64,000 nucleotides of DNA from Candidatus Bathyarchaeota archaeon (GTDB lineage Archaea; Thermoproteota; Bathyarchaeia; Bathyarchaeales; Bathycorpusculaceae), in NCBI GenBank assembly GCA_963815095.1, contig CAWFFH010000004.1, forward strand, positions 231,790-295,789, read 5' to 3'. Of the stretch, positions 9,865-19,965 are shown one piece after another (position 1 is the stretch's first letter; each line of letters opens with the position of its first letter). Made by a program: the position numbers and the translations under genes. The notes beneath the pieces are model-generated. The model worked only from the letters and a program-made list of their open reading frames with translations, ran no database searches and was not told the DNA's origin.

Positions 9865-10558
9865 TTTTTGGGTCTCCGGGCATTCGGGATTCTTTGTCAG
9901 ATTTAATCTGATTCTGGTAATAAATGTGCGCCTTTCAGCGCTTAGACTAAATTGATTTGGATCAAAATTAGGAGTTAATTTGGGTGTAATTTTGAAATAT
10001 TATTTAATAATACATCGGGGTTTTGGTGAGATAGGTAACTGAGAAGAGATTTGAAATGAAAAAGGCCGTAAGCCCAACAACTGCCCAATCGAAAACCCCT
10101 CAAGTTTCTTCTCAGTTGCCACTTTTGTTTATCCACTAAAAATAGGTGGTAAATGTGGGAATAATCAATATAGCAATAAGATATATTTCGCAACCGAAAT
10201 TCGTGATTTACTAGTAATTCGTGCCGTCAGGTTTTTCGTTGGCAATTATGGGTTTATTCCGTTGAGTGTTTTAGCTAACCAGCAGACAGCCACCAACATT
10301 GCTAACGACTTAACTAACACCAATAAACCAGACAAGCCAATCAATCAATGCCAATTCAACGTAGATAGATTGCAGTTTATCCTCAGGTTTTGAATTTAGA
10401 GGAAGCGGAAATGGCGGGAGTTATACTCCACGACAGTATGGCCGAGATACTGCTGGTGGATCAGAAACTATCGATTCCATAGCGGTTTCGGCAATCATTA
10501 GTATGTTGGAACTTTTTGTAAATTAAATAGAAATTTGGGAGGCTGAATTTTCTTTGTG

Positions 10559-11800
10559 TTACTTTCGGATTTGTCCATCACCCAAAATAACGTACTTGGT
10601 TGTAGTTAGGTGCTGAACGCTCATGGGTCCCCTTGCGTGTAGTTTTTGGGTGCTGATTCCGATTTCTGCGCCTAAGCCGAATTGGTTGCCGTCTGTGAAC
10701 CTTGTGGATGCGTTCCAGTAGACTGCAGCTGAATCAACTTCGCGGATGAACTGCATGGCTTTTCCAAAGTCTGCTGTGATGATGCTGTCGCTATGTTTGG
10801 TTCCGTATTTGTTGATGTGTGCAATGGCTTCATCTAAGACTTTGACGACTTTGACGCCCATAATTAAATCAAGATATTCAGTGCCCCAGTCAGCTTCCGT
10901 TGCGGGTTTTACGTCGGAGACGATTTTGCGTGTCTCTTCGTCTCCTCTCACTTCCACACCATTCTTGCGCAACTCCGCAATCACTACGGGTAAGTACTGT
11001 TTGGCGATCTTTTGGTGAACCAGAAGTTTTTCGGCTGCGTTGCAGGTTCCGGGGCGTTGGCATTTTGCGTTTATCACGATGAGTGTTGCCTTATCGAGGT
11101 CAGCGTCTTCTTCTACGTAGATGTGGCAGTTGCCTGTTCCTGTTTCGATAACTGGAATTCTGGATTTCTCAACGACGGTTTTGATTAGGTCTGCGCCGCC
11201 TCGGGGAATCAACACATCGATGAACTCTCGCATACCCATCAACTCCTCTGCCACCTTGCGATCAGCTGAATTCAACACTTGAATCGCGTCAACAGGCACG
11301 TTCGTCCCAGCCAACGCATCCCGAAGTACCTCGGCAATGGCAACATTAGAGTTTAAAGCATCTGAACCGCCACGCAAAATCACTGCATTGCCCGATTTTA
11401 CGCAGATACCAGCGGAATCCGAAGTCACGTTGGGACGCGACTCGTAGATTATGCCGACTACTCCTAAGGGTACGCGAACTTGACTAATTATTAGACCGTT
11501 GGGGCGCGTCCAGCTACTAAGGATGGTACCGATCGGGTCAGGGAGAGCGGAAACCTCCCGAAGTTCATTTGCCATGGTCTGAACCTTCTTTTGGTCTAAC
11601 GCTAAACGATCCAGCAACGCTGCTTTAACGCCTTTAGCTTTTGCAGTTTCAACGTCTGCTTTATTCGCCGCCAAAATCTTCTCAGCATTCGCTTCTAAGG
11701 CGTTTGCCATTCTGCAAAGTGCCACATTTTTGGCATCTGCTGAAAGCTTGCCTATTTCAAAGGCTGCAACTTTGGCTTTTACGCATATTTCACGTATCAT
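10559..11800 (-). CDS. proA: Gamma-glutamyl phosphate reductase
   Basis: GIIYESRPNVT, CNAAE, NASTRFTDG and GISTQKLHARGP motifs. Confidence 0.96.
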   Translation of the reverse strand: MIREICVKAKVAAFEIGKLSADAKNVALCRMANALEANAEKILAANKADVETAKAKGVKAALLDRLALDQKKVQTMANELREVSALPDPIGTILSSWTRPNGLIISQVRVPLGVVGIIYESRPNVTSDSAGICVKSGNAVILRGGSDALNSNVAIAEVLRDALAGTNVPVDAIQVLNSADRKVAEELMGMREFIDVLIPRGGADLIKTVVEKSRIPVIETGTGNCHIYVEEDADLDKATLIVINAKCQRPGTCNAAEKLLVHQKIAKQYLPVVIAELRKNGVEVRGDEETRKIVSDVKPATEADWGTEYLDLIMGVKVVKVLDEAIAHINKYGTKHSDSIITADFGKAMQFIREVDSAAVYWNASTRFTDGNQFGLGAEIGISTQKLHARGPMSVQHLTTTKYVILGDGQIRK

Positions 11801-12921
11801 TTCTCTTCCTCGATTAGGTGGATGTTTCGATGCTCAATAACGTCCTTGGACTTTTCCGAACCAAGTTTTCTGTGCACTTCTGTTACCTGCAAGCCTTTAA
11901 TTAGGTTTAACTCGCCGCTGCTAAAGTTTGGGTTACCCTTGGCAAACGCTACGCCAGTTTCGTCGATGATGCTTACGACGTCGCCGACGTTGAAGCTGCC
12001 AACTACCCGTAACATGCCAACGGGGAGCAAGCTGGAACCATCAAGAATAGCTTTTTTTGCGCCTTCATTAACATGGATTTGTCCCTTTACCGCTGCACCG
12101 TAAGCTATCCAGCGTTTCACAGCGGGCATTCGGCTTTGAGGCTTAAAGTAAGTTCCAATATCTTTCCCAGCGAGAATATCCAAAATTACGTTTGCTTTTC
12201 GGCTGTTGGCTATGACTACGGGGATGCCGCAGGAAGTCGCGATTTCGGCTGCCTTGATTTTGCTTTGGATTCCCCCCCGACCCAATTTACTTTTACCGTT
12301 AAGGGAGTTTTTCAGTTCAGCGGTGATGGCATCGACTGTTTTGATAAGTTCGGCTCCTGGTTGCGAGGGATCCGCTGTATATAATCCTTCAACGTCGGAG
12401 AGAATAATCACTAAATCTGCGCACACGGCTCCAGCAACAAGAACTGAGAGTATGTCGTTGTCGCTAAAGTTTACTTTGTAGCCTTCTGTACGCATGAGTT
12501 CATCTACGGAGACTACGTCGTTTTCGTTTATTATTGGGATAACCCCGATTTTGAGAAGTAAAGCCAGCACATCGCATGTGTGAACGTAGGATGCCCTGTT
12601 AGAGAGGTCCTCAGCAGTCAGCAAAATTTGAGCAACTTTCAAACCAAATTTCTTGAAAAGCTCCCGATACTTTGCCATTAAAACGCTCTGACCTGTGGCC
12701 GCTGCTGCTTGCTGGAAAGCTACATCTTTGGGTTTAGGGGGAATTTCAAGTTCTGCGATGCCCGCTGCAACTGCTCCTGAGGTTACGAGTACTATTTTGT
12801 CTCCTTGTTTGGTGGCGCCGGCTATTTGGCTGGCTAAGTTTTCCATTTCTTTTTCATCCAGCTTTCCCTCGCTGGTTATGCCGTTGGTGCCGACTTTAAC
12901 AACGATTAATCTTGAAGGCAT
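11797..12921 (-). CDS. proB: Glutamate 5-kinase with PUA domain
   Basis: IVVKVGT, VTSGAV, INENDVV, DNDILS and C-terminal PUA; 4-nt overlap with proA. Confidence 0.96.
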   Translation of the reverse strand: MPSRLIVVKVGTNGITSEGKLDEKEMENLASQIAGATKQGDKIVLVTSGAVAAGIAELEIPPKPKDVAFQQAAAATGQSVLMAKYRELFKKFGLKVAQILLTAEDLSNRASYVHTCDVLALLLKIGVIPIINENDVVSVDELMRTEGYKVNFSDNDILSVLVAGAVCADLVIILSDVEGLYTADPSQPGAELIKTVDAITAELKNSLNGKSKLGRGGIQSKIKAAEIATSCGIPVVIANSRKANVILDILAGKDIGTYFKPQSRMPAVKRWIAYGAAVKGQIHVNEGAKKAILDGSSLLPVGMLRVVGSFNVGDVVSIIDETGVAFAKGNPNFSSGELNLIKGLQVTEVHRKLGSEKSKDVIEHRNIHLIEEEK

Positions 12922-13094
12922 CGGTCAATCACTTTTAGTTAGACTTATTTGAAATAGGGTTGACTTGCTTAAAAATGCAACCAAACACAGAAACAGAAAA
13001 TTTGTTTTATTGATTTAAAATTCATATTTTTGATGTGTAACCACTAAATTTTTTTGGAAAAATATATAAGGAATATGGACATGGCGTATGAAAC

Positions 13095-15302
13095 ATGTTC
13101 ATACCCTTACAAGCATTAGCTTCATTATCGGTTAATCCGGTTGTCTTTTGGATTGCACCAATCGCTGGCGTCATCGCTGTCATTGCTTCGCTTTTACTCA
13201 TGTACCGAATAGGCAAAATGAGTCCAGGCGGACCAAAAACAGTGGAAGTTGGCAACGCAATCAGGGAAGGCGCCTACGCTTTCCTCAAAAGACAATACAA
13301 AACAATTGCCATAATTACAGTAGTTATTTTCGCTCTACTGTGGGTCGCTTTGCCAAGCGGTCCTTACGGTGTAGGCACCGCAGCGGCATTTTTGGTAGGC
13401 GCAGTTGCCTCCTTAGCTGCAGGCTACATCGCCATGGATAATGCGACAAAAGCAAACGTTCGCACCGTGGCGGCGGCAAAAGATTTCGGCGCAGAAAAAG
13501 CGCTGAAAACAGCGTTTTACGGCGGTGCCACAATGGGAATGGCGGTCGTCGGATTATCCTTGTTGGGTGTAAGTTTTCTCTTCTTGCTCTACGGCGGTTA
13601 CAATGCATTGTTTAACACATTGGATGTCACTGCCGCAGCTCAACTTGGAAGAGATGCAGCAAGCGGTATAGTCGGTATGGGTTTTGGAGCCTCACTTATC
13701 GCGCTCTTTGCGCAGCTTGGAGGCGGAATCTACACTAAAGCCGCAGACGTTGGTGCAGACCTCGTCGGCAAAGTGGAAGCAGGCATTCCAGAAGATGACC
13801 CACGCAACCCTGCTGTCATAGCAGACAACGTTGGAGACAACGTAGGTGACTCAGCTGGGAGAGGCGCAGACCTCTTTGAATCAGCCACTGGGGAAAACAT
13901 TGGTGGCATGATTATCGGTGGCTTAATTAGCATCGCCACAGGCAACCTGATCTTCTTGATTTTCCCACTGATTGCCCGTGCTCTCGGAATCTTCGCTACT
14001 TTAGTCGGAATGCCCTTTGTAAAACTTAATGCATCCGAAGCCAAACACCCAATGAAAGCGCTAAGAAAAGGCCTAATGGTTACAACAATAGTTTCAGGCA
14101 TATTATTCCTGTTTGCAACAATATTTCTCTTAGGCAACGGCGAATGGTCCATGACGTTCCTATACCTGTACTTCGCCCTGCTCTCAGGTTTAGGAGCAAG
14201 CGTAGCCATCGATTACATTACTGACTACTATACTGGCAGCGATAGGGGACCAGTCGGCAGAATCGCTAAAGCAAGCGAAACAGGGGCAGCCACCAACATC
14301 ATCACAGGCTTCGCAGTAGGACTCGAAACAACTTTGTTGCCTATAGTTTCGCTCGTAATTGCCCTGATAGTTTCGTATTTCTTTGGAACACAATTCGCAA
14401 CATCTTGGAACGCCACACATACGGCACAAATAGCACCATTCATCGGTGGAATATACGGAACCACCCTTGCAACCATGGGTATGCTCGCAGTCATGGGTAT
14501 GGTCTTAGCCTTAGACGGCTTCGGTCCAATCGCAGACAACGCGGCAGGTATAGCCGAAATGTCGGGTGAAGGCGGAGCAGAAGAAACCATGGAGGCACTA
14601 GACGCAGTCGGCAACACTACAAAAGCCTTAACCAAAGGATTCGCACTCGGCTCGGCTTTACTTGCGGCACAGTTGCTATTCCAAACGTACGCTTCAGAAG
14701 TTACAGCACGAACAGGCGTACCTTTTGTCGTGGACATCTCTAACCCAGCCGTACTGATCGCCGGCTTCTTGGGTGCAATGTTGCCATTCTTCTTCAGCTC
14801 ACAAGCCATCAGCGCAGTAGGAAAAGCAGCAGCAGAAATGGTCGAAGAAGTCAGACGTCAATTTAGAGAAATCCCCGGTATCATGGACGGAACAGGCAAA
14901 CCTGACTATGGTAAAGCAGTTGACATCAGCACAAAATCTGCACTAAAAGGCATGGTCCTTCCAGGGCTAATCCTAGTGATTTTCCCAATCATAGTCGGTA
15001 TCCTGTTAGGTCCAGAAGCAGTAGGAGCATTCGTAATCGGCGCTACACTCTCAGCAGTTCCATTGGCACTATTCATGAACACTGGTGGAGGAGCATGGGA
15101 CAACGCAAAGAAATTCATCGAATCAGGTCACTATGGTGGCAAAGGTTCCCCAGCACACGCAGCAGCAGTAGTCGGCGACACAGTTGGAGACCCACTAAAA
15201 GACACAGCAGGACCAAGCCTACACGTACTCATAAAACTGCTCAGCACACTGTCAATCGTCTTCATCCCACTGTTCTACAATCTGCTACAGCTGATCCACT
15301 AA
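13095..15302 (+). CDS. hppA: Membrane proton-translocating pyrophosphatase, K+-independent type
   Basis: DVGADLVGKVE and DNVGDNVGD motifs; GNTTKA has Lys at the K+-dependence position. Confidence 0.95.
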   Translation: MFIPLQALASLSVNPVVFWIAPIAGVIAVIASLLLMYRIGKMSPGGPKTVEVGNAIREGAYAFLKRQYKTIAIITVVIFALLWVALPSGPYGVGTAAAFLVGAVASLAAGYIAMDNATKANVRTVAAAKDFGAEKALKTAFYGGATMGMAVVGLSLLGVSFLFLLYGGYNALFNTLDVTAAAQLGRDAASGIVGMGFGASLIALFAQLGGGIYTKAADVGADLVGKVEAGIPEDDPRNPAVIADNVGDNVGDSAGRGADLFESATGENIGGMIIGGLISIATGNLIFLIFPLIARALGIFATLVGMPFVKLNASEAKHPMKALRKGLMVTTIVSGILFLFATIFLLGNGEWSMTFLYLYFALLSGLGASVAIDYITDYYTGSDRGPVGRIAKASETGAATNIITGFAVGLETTLLPIVSLVIALIVSYFFGTQFATSWNATHTAQIAPFIGGIYGTTLATMGMLAVMGMVLALDGFGPIADNAAGIAEMSGEGGAEETMEALDAVGNTTKALTKGFALGSALLAAQLLFQTYASEVTARTGVPFVVDISNPAVLIAGFLGAMLPFFFSSQAISAVGKAAAEMVEEVRRQFREIPGIMDGTGKPDYGKAVDISTKSALKGMVLPGLILVIFPIIVGILLGPEAVGAFVIGATLSAVPLALFMNTGGGAWDNAKKFIESGHYGGKGSPAHAAAVVGDTVGDPLKDTAGPSLHVLIKLLSTLSIVFIPLFYNLLQLIH

Positions 15303-15397
15303 AACATAAAAAACGGGAAGTTTTTTCTTCTTCCCAAAAAATTTTTATTTTTAAAAGGTAACTTGTTATCTGTTTTTTCTTTATGATAGTTGGCTAG

Positions 15398-15733
15398 TCA
15401 AGGTTGCTTTATAGGCGCGCTTTCAGTCATTTCATCCACGAAGGATTCTTTTCGGATAATCTGCGCCATTTCTTTGCCTAAATCTGTTAAGGTAAACACT
15501 TCGTAGCGGTTTCGTCCATCTCGGGTAATTTTAGTTTCTGCACGGAAAAGTTTGGCATCAGTCAACATCTCGCAGTTTCTTATATCAATGGAGGGAACAG
15601 GAGTGCCTAAGCTCATATCCAGATAGCTGAGATATTGGTCTTGGTTGTCTAAAGCTGCTAAAAGATACTTTTTAAAGACATTTGTCTGTTCTTGGATGTA
15701 TTTGCACATATAATCTTCAAATTTTTGAGTCAT
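15398..15733 (-). CDS. Hypothetical protein, winged-helix-like C-terminus
   Basis: RNRYEVFTLTDLGKEMA wing pattern; AGGTGA SD. Confidence 0.65.
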   Translation of the reverse strand: MTQKFEDYMCKYIQEQTNVFKKYLLAALDNQDQYLSYLDMSLGTPVPSIDIRNCEMLTDAKLFRAETKITRDGRNRYEVFTLTDLGKEMAQIIRKESFVDEMTESAPIKQP

Positions 15734-15893
15734 AAAATTTCACCTAAAAATTAGTTATATAAATTTAGTAAGTGATAGGATTTAACTTTTCCTACCTGGT
15801 TTTGTTAGGTAAATTGAGATAACTCGTTGGTTCTTCCGCAGTATATTTTTACTTCGCTATGCATTCACCTAAGCTAACTGAGATGGCACCCGC

Positions 15894-16982
15894 TTGAAAA
15901 TTATCGAAAAAAATCTTGCGCAAGGCTTCGTTAAAGTGGTTCCAGATTCGCCAGATGACCTATGGCACTTATACAACGTTATATACAAGGGTGACGAAGT
16001 TTATGCTTACAGTTCCAGAGCCATAAAAAACGACACCGAAACCTCTCGTCCAAAAAGTGCAGAGCGGGTTTCTGCATTTATGGGTGTAAAGGTTGAGTCG
16101 GTTGGTTGGGACAAGTTCTTGGGGAAGTTGCGGGTTCACGGTTTGATTTGTCATGCTCCAGACATTATACCCACAGGTGCACACCATACTCTTAGCATTG
16201 CTTTGAATCAGCCTATGACGATTGTAAAGAAGGAATGGCCCAAGCATCTCTTAGATAGATTAACTAAGGCAAGTGCAACTGAAAAACCTATACTAATCCT
16301 ATCCATAGACGACGAAGGCTTCGCTGTAGCGGAAACCAAACAGTATGGCGTAGAAACCCGTGTTGAACAACGCATGAGGCTTCCCGGAAAAGTTGAGGCA
16401 GAGAAGCGGGTGGAAGCAACGAAAGCGTATTTCAAACTTGCACTAACTAGTTTGAACAATTTGTGGGCTCAAAACCACAATCCTATTGTTATCATCGGTG
16501 CTGGCTACGTTAAAACTGATTTCGTAAAATATCTCAATGAGGAATCAAAGGAAATGTCTCGAGCGGTGGTTGATGTAAAAAGTGTTAACAATGGAGGGAC
16601 CGCAGGGGTCGATGAGGCATTGCGGTCGGGTGTTTTGTTGAAGGCAGCACATCAACTTCGAGTTGTAGATGAAACGGAAACGATGGAAGAAGTTATGAAA
16701 CGCTTGGGCAAGGGCGAAGGCAAAGTGACATATGGTCTCATTGAGGTCGAGAACGCGATTATGATAGGTGCAGTCGAGAAGTTGGTGGTTGCAGACACAA
16801 CGCTTCGCGATGCAGACGAGACACAGCGGCTTAAACTTGAAGACCTAATGCATCAGGTCGAAAAGCGCAATGCACCCATAACTGTGGTCAGTACAGAGCA
16901 TGAAGCAGGCGCCAAATTATTATCGCTAGGTGGAATCGTTGCACTTCTAAGGTTTCCTCTATATAGAGACACTCCAGCGTAA
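15894..16982 (+). CDS. pelA: Pelota (aDom34) ribosome rescue factor
   Basis: DDLWHLYNVI, GAHHTL and LGGIVALLRF motifs; the usual PGF reads AGY. Confidence 0.93.
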   Translation: MKIIEKNLAQGFVKVVPDSPDDLWHLYNVIYKGDEVYAYSSRAIKNDTETSRPKSAERVSAFMGVKVESVGWDKFLGKLRVHGLICHAPDIIPTGAHHTLSIALNQPMTIVKKEWPKHLLDRLTKASATEKPILILSIDDEGFAVAETKQYGVETRVEQRMRLPGKVEAEKRVEATKAYFKLALTSLNNLWAQNHNPIVIIGAGYVKTDFVKYLNEESKEMSRAVVDVKSVNNGGTAGVDEALRSGVLLKAAHQLRVVDETETMEEVMKRLGKGEGKVTYGLIEVENAIMIGAVEKLVVADTTLRDADETQRLKLEDLMHQVEKRNAPITVVSTEHEAGAKLLSLGGIVALLRFPLYRDTPA

Positions 16983-17109
16983 AAAGTTGTTAGAAATAAA
17001 AAAAATTCAAATTCCATTTCTAATAACCTTATAAGCTAGCCGTTTATAGCCCTTTAAATAGATGCTTTATATACCCCATTTTCTATTTAAATACTCAACC
17101 GTGAGTGAC

Positions 17110-17679
17110 ATGAGTAAAAGAAAACCAATCATTAACATCCAAAACATAGTGGCCTCAGTCTCACTTAACCAGAAAATCGATTTACAAAAAATCGTCGAAA
17201 AATTCCCCCAAACCGAGTACAACCCAAGTGTCTTCCCAGGTCTTGTTTTCCGATTAAAAAAACCGAAAACAGCAACTCTCATTTTCGGCACAGGCAAAAT
17301 GGTTTGCACAGGTGCCAAATCTGAAAAGGAATCTCGCAGTGCAGTGGAAAAAGTTGTCAAGGAACTTCGCGCCGAAGGCATCCAAATTACCGAGAAACCA
17401 ATTGTAAATATCCAAAACATTGTTGCCTCAGCAGAACTTGGTGGAGAAATCGACTTAGAAAGTCTCGTTTACAAACTCAGCAAGGTCATGTACGAACCAG
17501 AACAGTTTCCAGGTGCAGTTTACCGAATGGATGAACCTAAGGTAGTGTTCTTAATTTTCAGTGCAGGAAAACTCGTATGTGTCGGCGCCAAAAAAGAGGA
17601 ACAAGTTTACGAAGCAGTAGACAAAATCCAAGCGCTGTTAGAAGAAAAAGAACTCATCTATTACCCTGCTCCTCCATAA
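17110..17679 (+). CDS. tbp: TATA-binding protein
   Basis: Two repeats of IQNIVAS...YxPxxFPGxV; likely start is ATG 17110. Confidence 0.97.
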   Translation: MSKRKPIINIQNIVASVSLNQKIDLQKIVEKFPQTEYNPSVFPGLVFRLKKPKTATLIFGTGKMVCTGAKSEKESRSAVEKVVKELRAEGIQITEKPIVNIQNIVASAELGGEIDLESLVYKLSKVMYEPEQFPGAVYRMDEPKVVFLIFSAGKLVCVGAKKEEQVYEAVDKIQALLEEKELIYYPAPP

Positions 17680-17819
17680 ATTCTTCGCAGACTAAGCTCT
17701 GCATAAAAATTTTTTTCATTTTAACTACAAACTTGTTAGGTGTTCCTCTGGTGGAACAGCGTGTTCCATGAGTAGAACTAAATATCTTATTTTGCATTAA
17801 CCAGAATGGTTGATGCAAC

Positions 17820-18725
17820 ATGAACTACGTCCAAAAAACTGTTGTTTTTACAATTGCATTTTTGACTTTAGCCTTATGTTTTGGTCAATTATCAGAAATA
17901 AAATGTGATTTAGCGACACCAGCATCTCCTGACATAATTCAGAAAGCCTACACCTGCTTAACTACCGTTTACAATTTAGACTTCAACCACTACACTGTTA
18001 CACTTGGCGAAAACTATACATTGCCTTCAGGGCCAAATGACACATCCGTTTGTCAAGGCGTCGATTATTTACTCGACGCCCCAGATAGCAAATTGACAGC
18101 GGTATTCGTTTTCCAAGATGGATTCCTATATCAGTTTGCACTAAGACCCATTAATGGCCCTATAATTGCATCTAGACAATATCCAAATATGACGGCCGCA
18201 GCAAACGATTTCCTCACCCGTTACCAAACTATAAGTGACGTAGATTTGACGCCCCTAATTCGCCTCTTGTACACACTAAACCAAGGCAATACCACATCAG
18301 CTACCGCAGGTAACCTTAAATTAAACATGGATAACGGTACGATTTTTCCCGGTCATTATGCTACAACTTTCACTTGGAGGTACGCATCTGACGATGCCTG
18401 CGTCAATTTAATTTTTGACAATGGTGCATTTTACACGTTTATGGATGCCCCCAAATTTACGAGCCAAGATAGCGTTCAAGCCATTGCCGATTTAGCCGAA
18501 TTACCAACCGCTTCACCTTCGCCGGTAAATTCGCCCTCGTTAACTCCAAGCCTTACCCCGTTTTCATCAACTGTGAAGTCTCAGCAAAATCAAAATACCC
18601 AATTAGACCCAAAAACGCCAACAGAAAACAGCACAGAATACATGATTGTATTTGCGCTCTTAATAGTCATCGCTGTCTGTGTCACTGTTATACTATTCAT
18701 GAAGAAAAGGGCGGATCGTCTTTAG
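17820..18725 (+). CDS. Secreted lineage-specific surface protein with S/P/T linker and C-terminal TM anchor
   Basis: Signal peptide, Ser/Pro-rich linker, TM helix followed by KKR. Confidence 0.75.
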   Translation: MNYVQKTVVFTIAFLTLALCFGQLSEIKCDLATPASPDIIQKAYTCLTTVYNLDFNHYTVTLGENYTLPSGPNDTSVCQGVDYLLDAPDSKLTAVFVFQDGFLYQFALRPINGPIIASRQYPNMTAAANDFLTRYQTISDVDLTPLIRLLYTLNQGNTTSATAGNLKLNMDNGTIFPGHYATTFTWRYASDDACVNLIFDNGAFYTFMDAPKFTSQDSVQAIADLAELPTASPSPVNSPSLTPSLTPFSSTVKSQQNQNTQLDPKTPTENSTEYMIVFALLIVIAVCVTVILFMKKRADRL

Positions 18726-19444
18726 GTTTTCATTCTTCGCCTAACCGCAGGATTTAGTTCCGAGACTCTTTTTAAGGCCAACTCAAACGTCTCGTCCTGC
18801 ATCAATTCCTTTTTAACAAATACTCCTGTTCTCCCGACAGTATCCCGCTTCATCAAAGCATGAACCCTATCCAAAACCGTCTCAGCTGCAACTCCCAAAA
18901 TTTTGGCTGCAGACTCTTCTCTTCCGATGACGCCGCTCTCAACGTGCCCAATCTCCGTAGGTTCAATAAGCATAAGTCGTTTATCCACGCCCACAACTCT
19001 CACATTCGCTTTAAGCTGGTTCAGATTGACTTCTCCGCCGAAACGATAAAATTCCCGCTCAACACGGCGCATCTCCATAAGCGGAAAAGAAACCGTTGTT
19101 TCCTCATCAATTTCGATGTGGGCTTTCATGGCGTAAGATGGTGTTGCTTGGACGATAAACCTTGAATTGATTGGGATTTTGGCTTTTTCAAGAGCGGCTT
19201 CAACCAAGAAACTGTTCTGCACCTCAGGAATGAAAACGTCAATGTCGCTGCCTTGTTTTACATCGCCTCTTGCTATGCTCCCATGCGTAAGCGACTGTAG
19301 ATGAAACGCTTCTAACGCCGACATGACCCAAACCGCTTTTCCCCTAAGAACCTTTAGCTTCTCCCAGCGTGCACTGGAATATGTTACTTCTTTGTATTCT
19401 CCATGTCGTGTGGGTTTAACAGCCATTTTTACGCGCCAAATCAA
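18722..19444 (-). CDS. Archaeal nucleotidyltransferase (COG2413-like)
   Basis: HGSIARGDV...SDID and GVDKRL motifs; true start probably MAVKP. Confidence 0.85.
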   Translation of the reverse strand: MIWRVKMAVKPTRHGEYKEVTYSSARWEKLKVLRGKAVWVMSALEAFHLQSLTHGSIARGDVKQGSDIDVFIPEVQNSFLVEAALEKAKIPINSRFIVQATPSYAMKAHIEIDEETTVSFPLMEMRRVEREFYRFGGEVNLNQLKANVRVVGVDKRLMLIEPTEIGHVESGVIGREESAAKILGVAAETVLDRVHALMKRDTVGRTGVFVKKELMQDETFELALKRVSELNPAVRRRMKT

Positions 19445-19714
19445 AATTGATTAATAGAAATAAATAATAAAGCAAAATAATGTTTGAATTGTTGGTAAAC
19501 ATTATTTTTCTGTTGGATCTGTTTTTTCTTTGACCTACATAATCCTCATAATGCTTACTTGCGTGTTTCAATAATAAATATTATTTGTTACTTCCAATCA
19601 CTAGGGAATATGAACTTGTTTACTAAGCTGAGGTTAAATTATTTGATGTAAGACAAAAATTCATTATTTGAAATTCATAAAACCTATAATAGACTTCAAA
19701 CGAAAAGATAGACA

Positions 19715-19789
19715 AAGAGTTGCAGTCATGAAACCTTCCCCTTCTCCATTAAGGTTCATCCCAACTTTTATCCCGAGACTGCAACTCTT
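19715..19789 (+). ncRNA. Candidate sRNA (13-bp outer stem, TGAAACCTT/AAGG core)
   Basis: AAGAGTTGCAGTC/GACTGCAACTCTT perfect inverted repeat; TATA CCTATAAT at 19683-19690; core shared with 37779-37841. Confidence 0.6.
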
Positions 19790-19965
19790 AAACTAATTAC
19801 TCGATGAATCGTCTTAAGATCAAATTGTTAATTTATAGCGTGTTTTTACGGAGAATTGCTTTAAGGAAAATTCAATATTTCATTAACAAAAAGAATGTTT
19901 CGTTGATAATGTTCATGGGAGAAGACATAATTAGTTTAATATCCAATCAAAAGAGAGGAAACCCG

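Noticed and set aside
13022-15361. Long antisense and alternate-frame ORFs within hppA (similar ones in proBA, mfn and cbi genes)
   Set aside because: Shadows of well-supported genes, with no motifs of their own.
17741-17768. ORB-like replication origin
   Set aside because: No G-string, no repeated ORBs and no adjacent orc1/cdc6.
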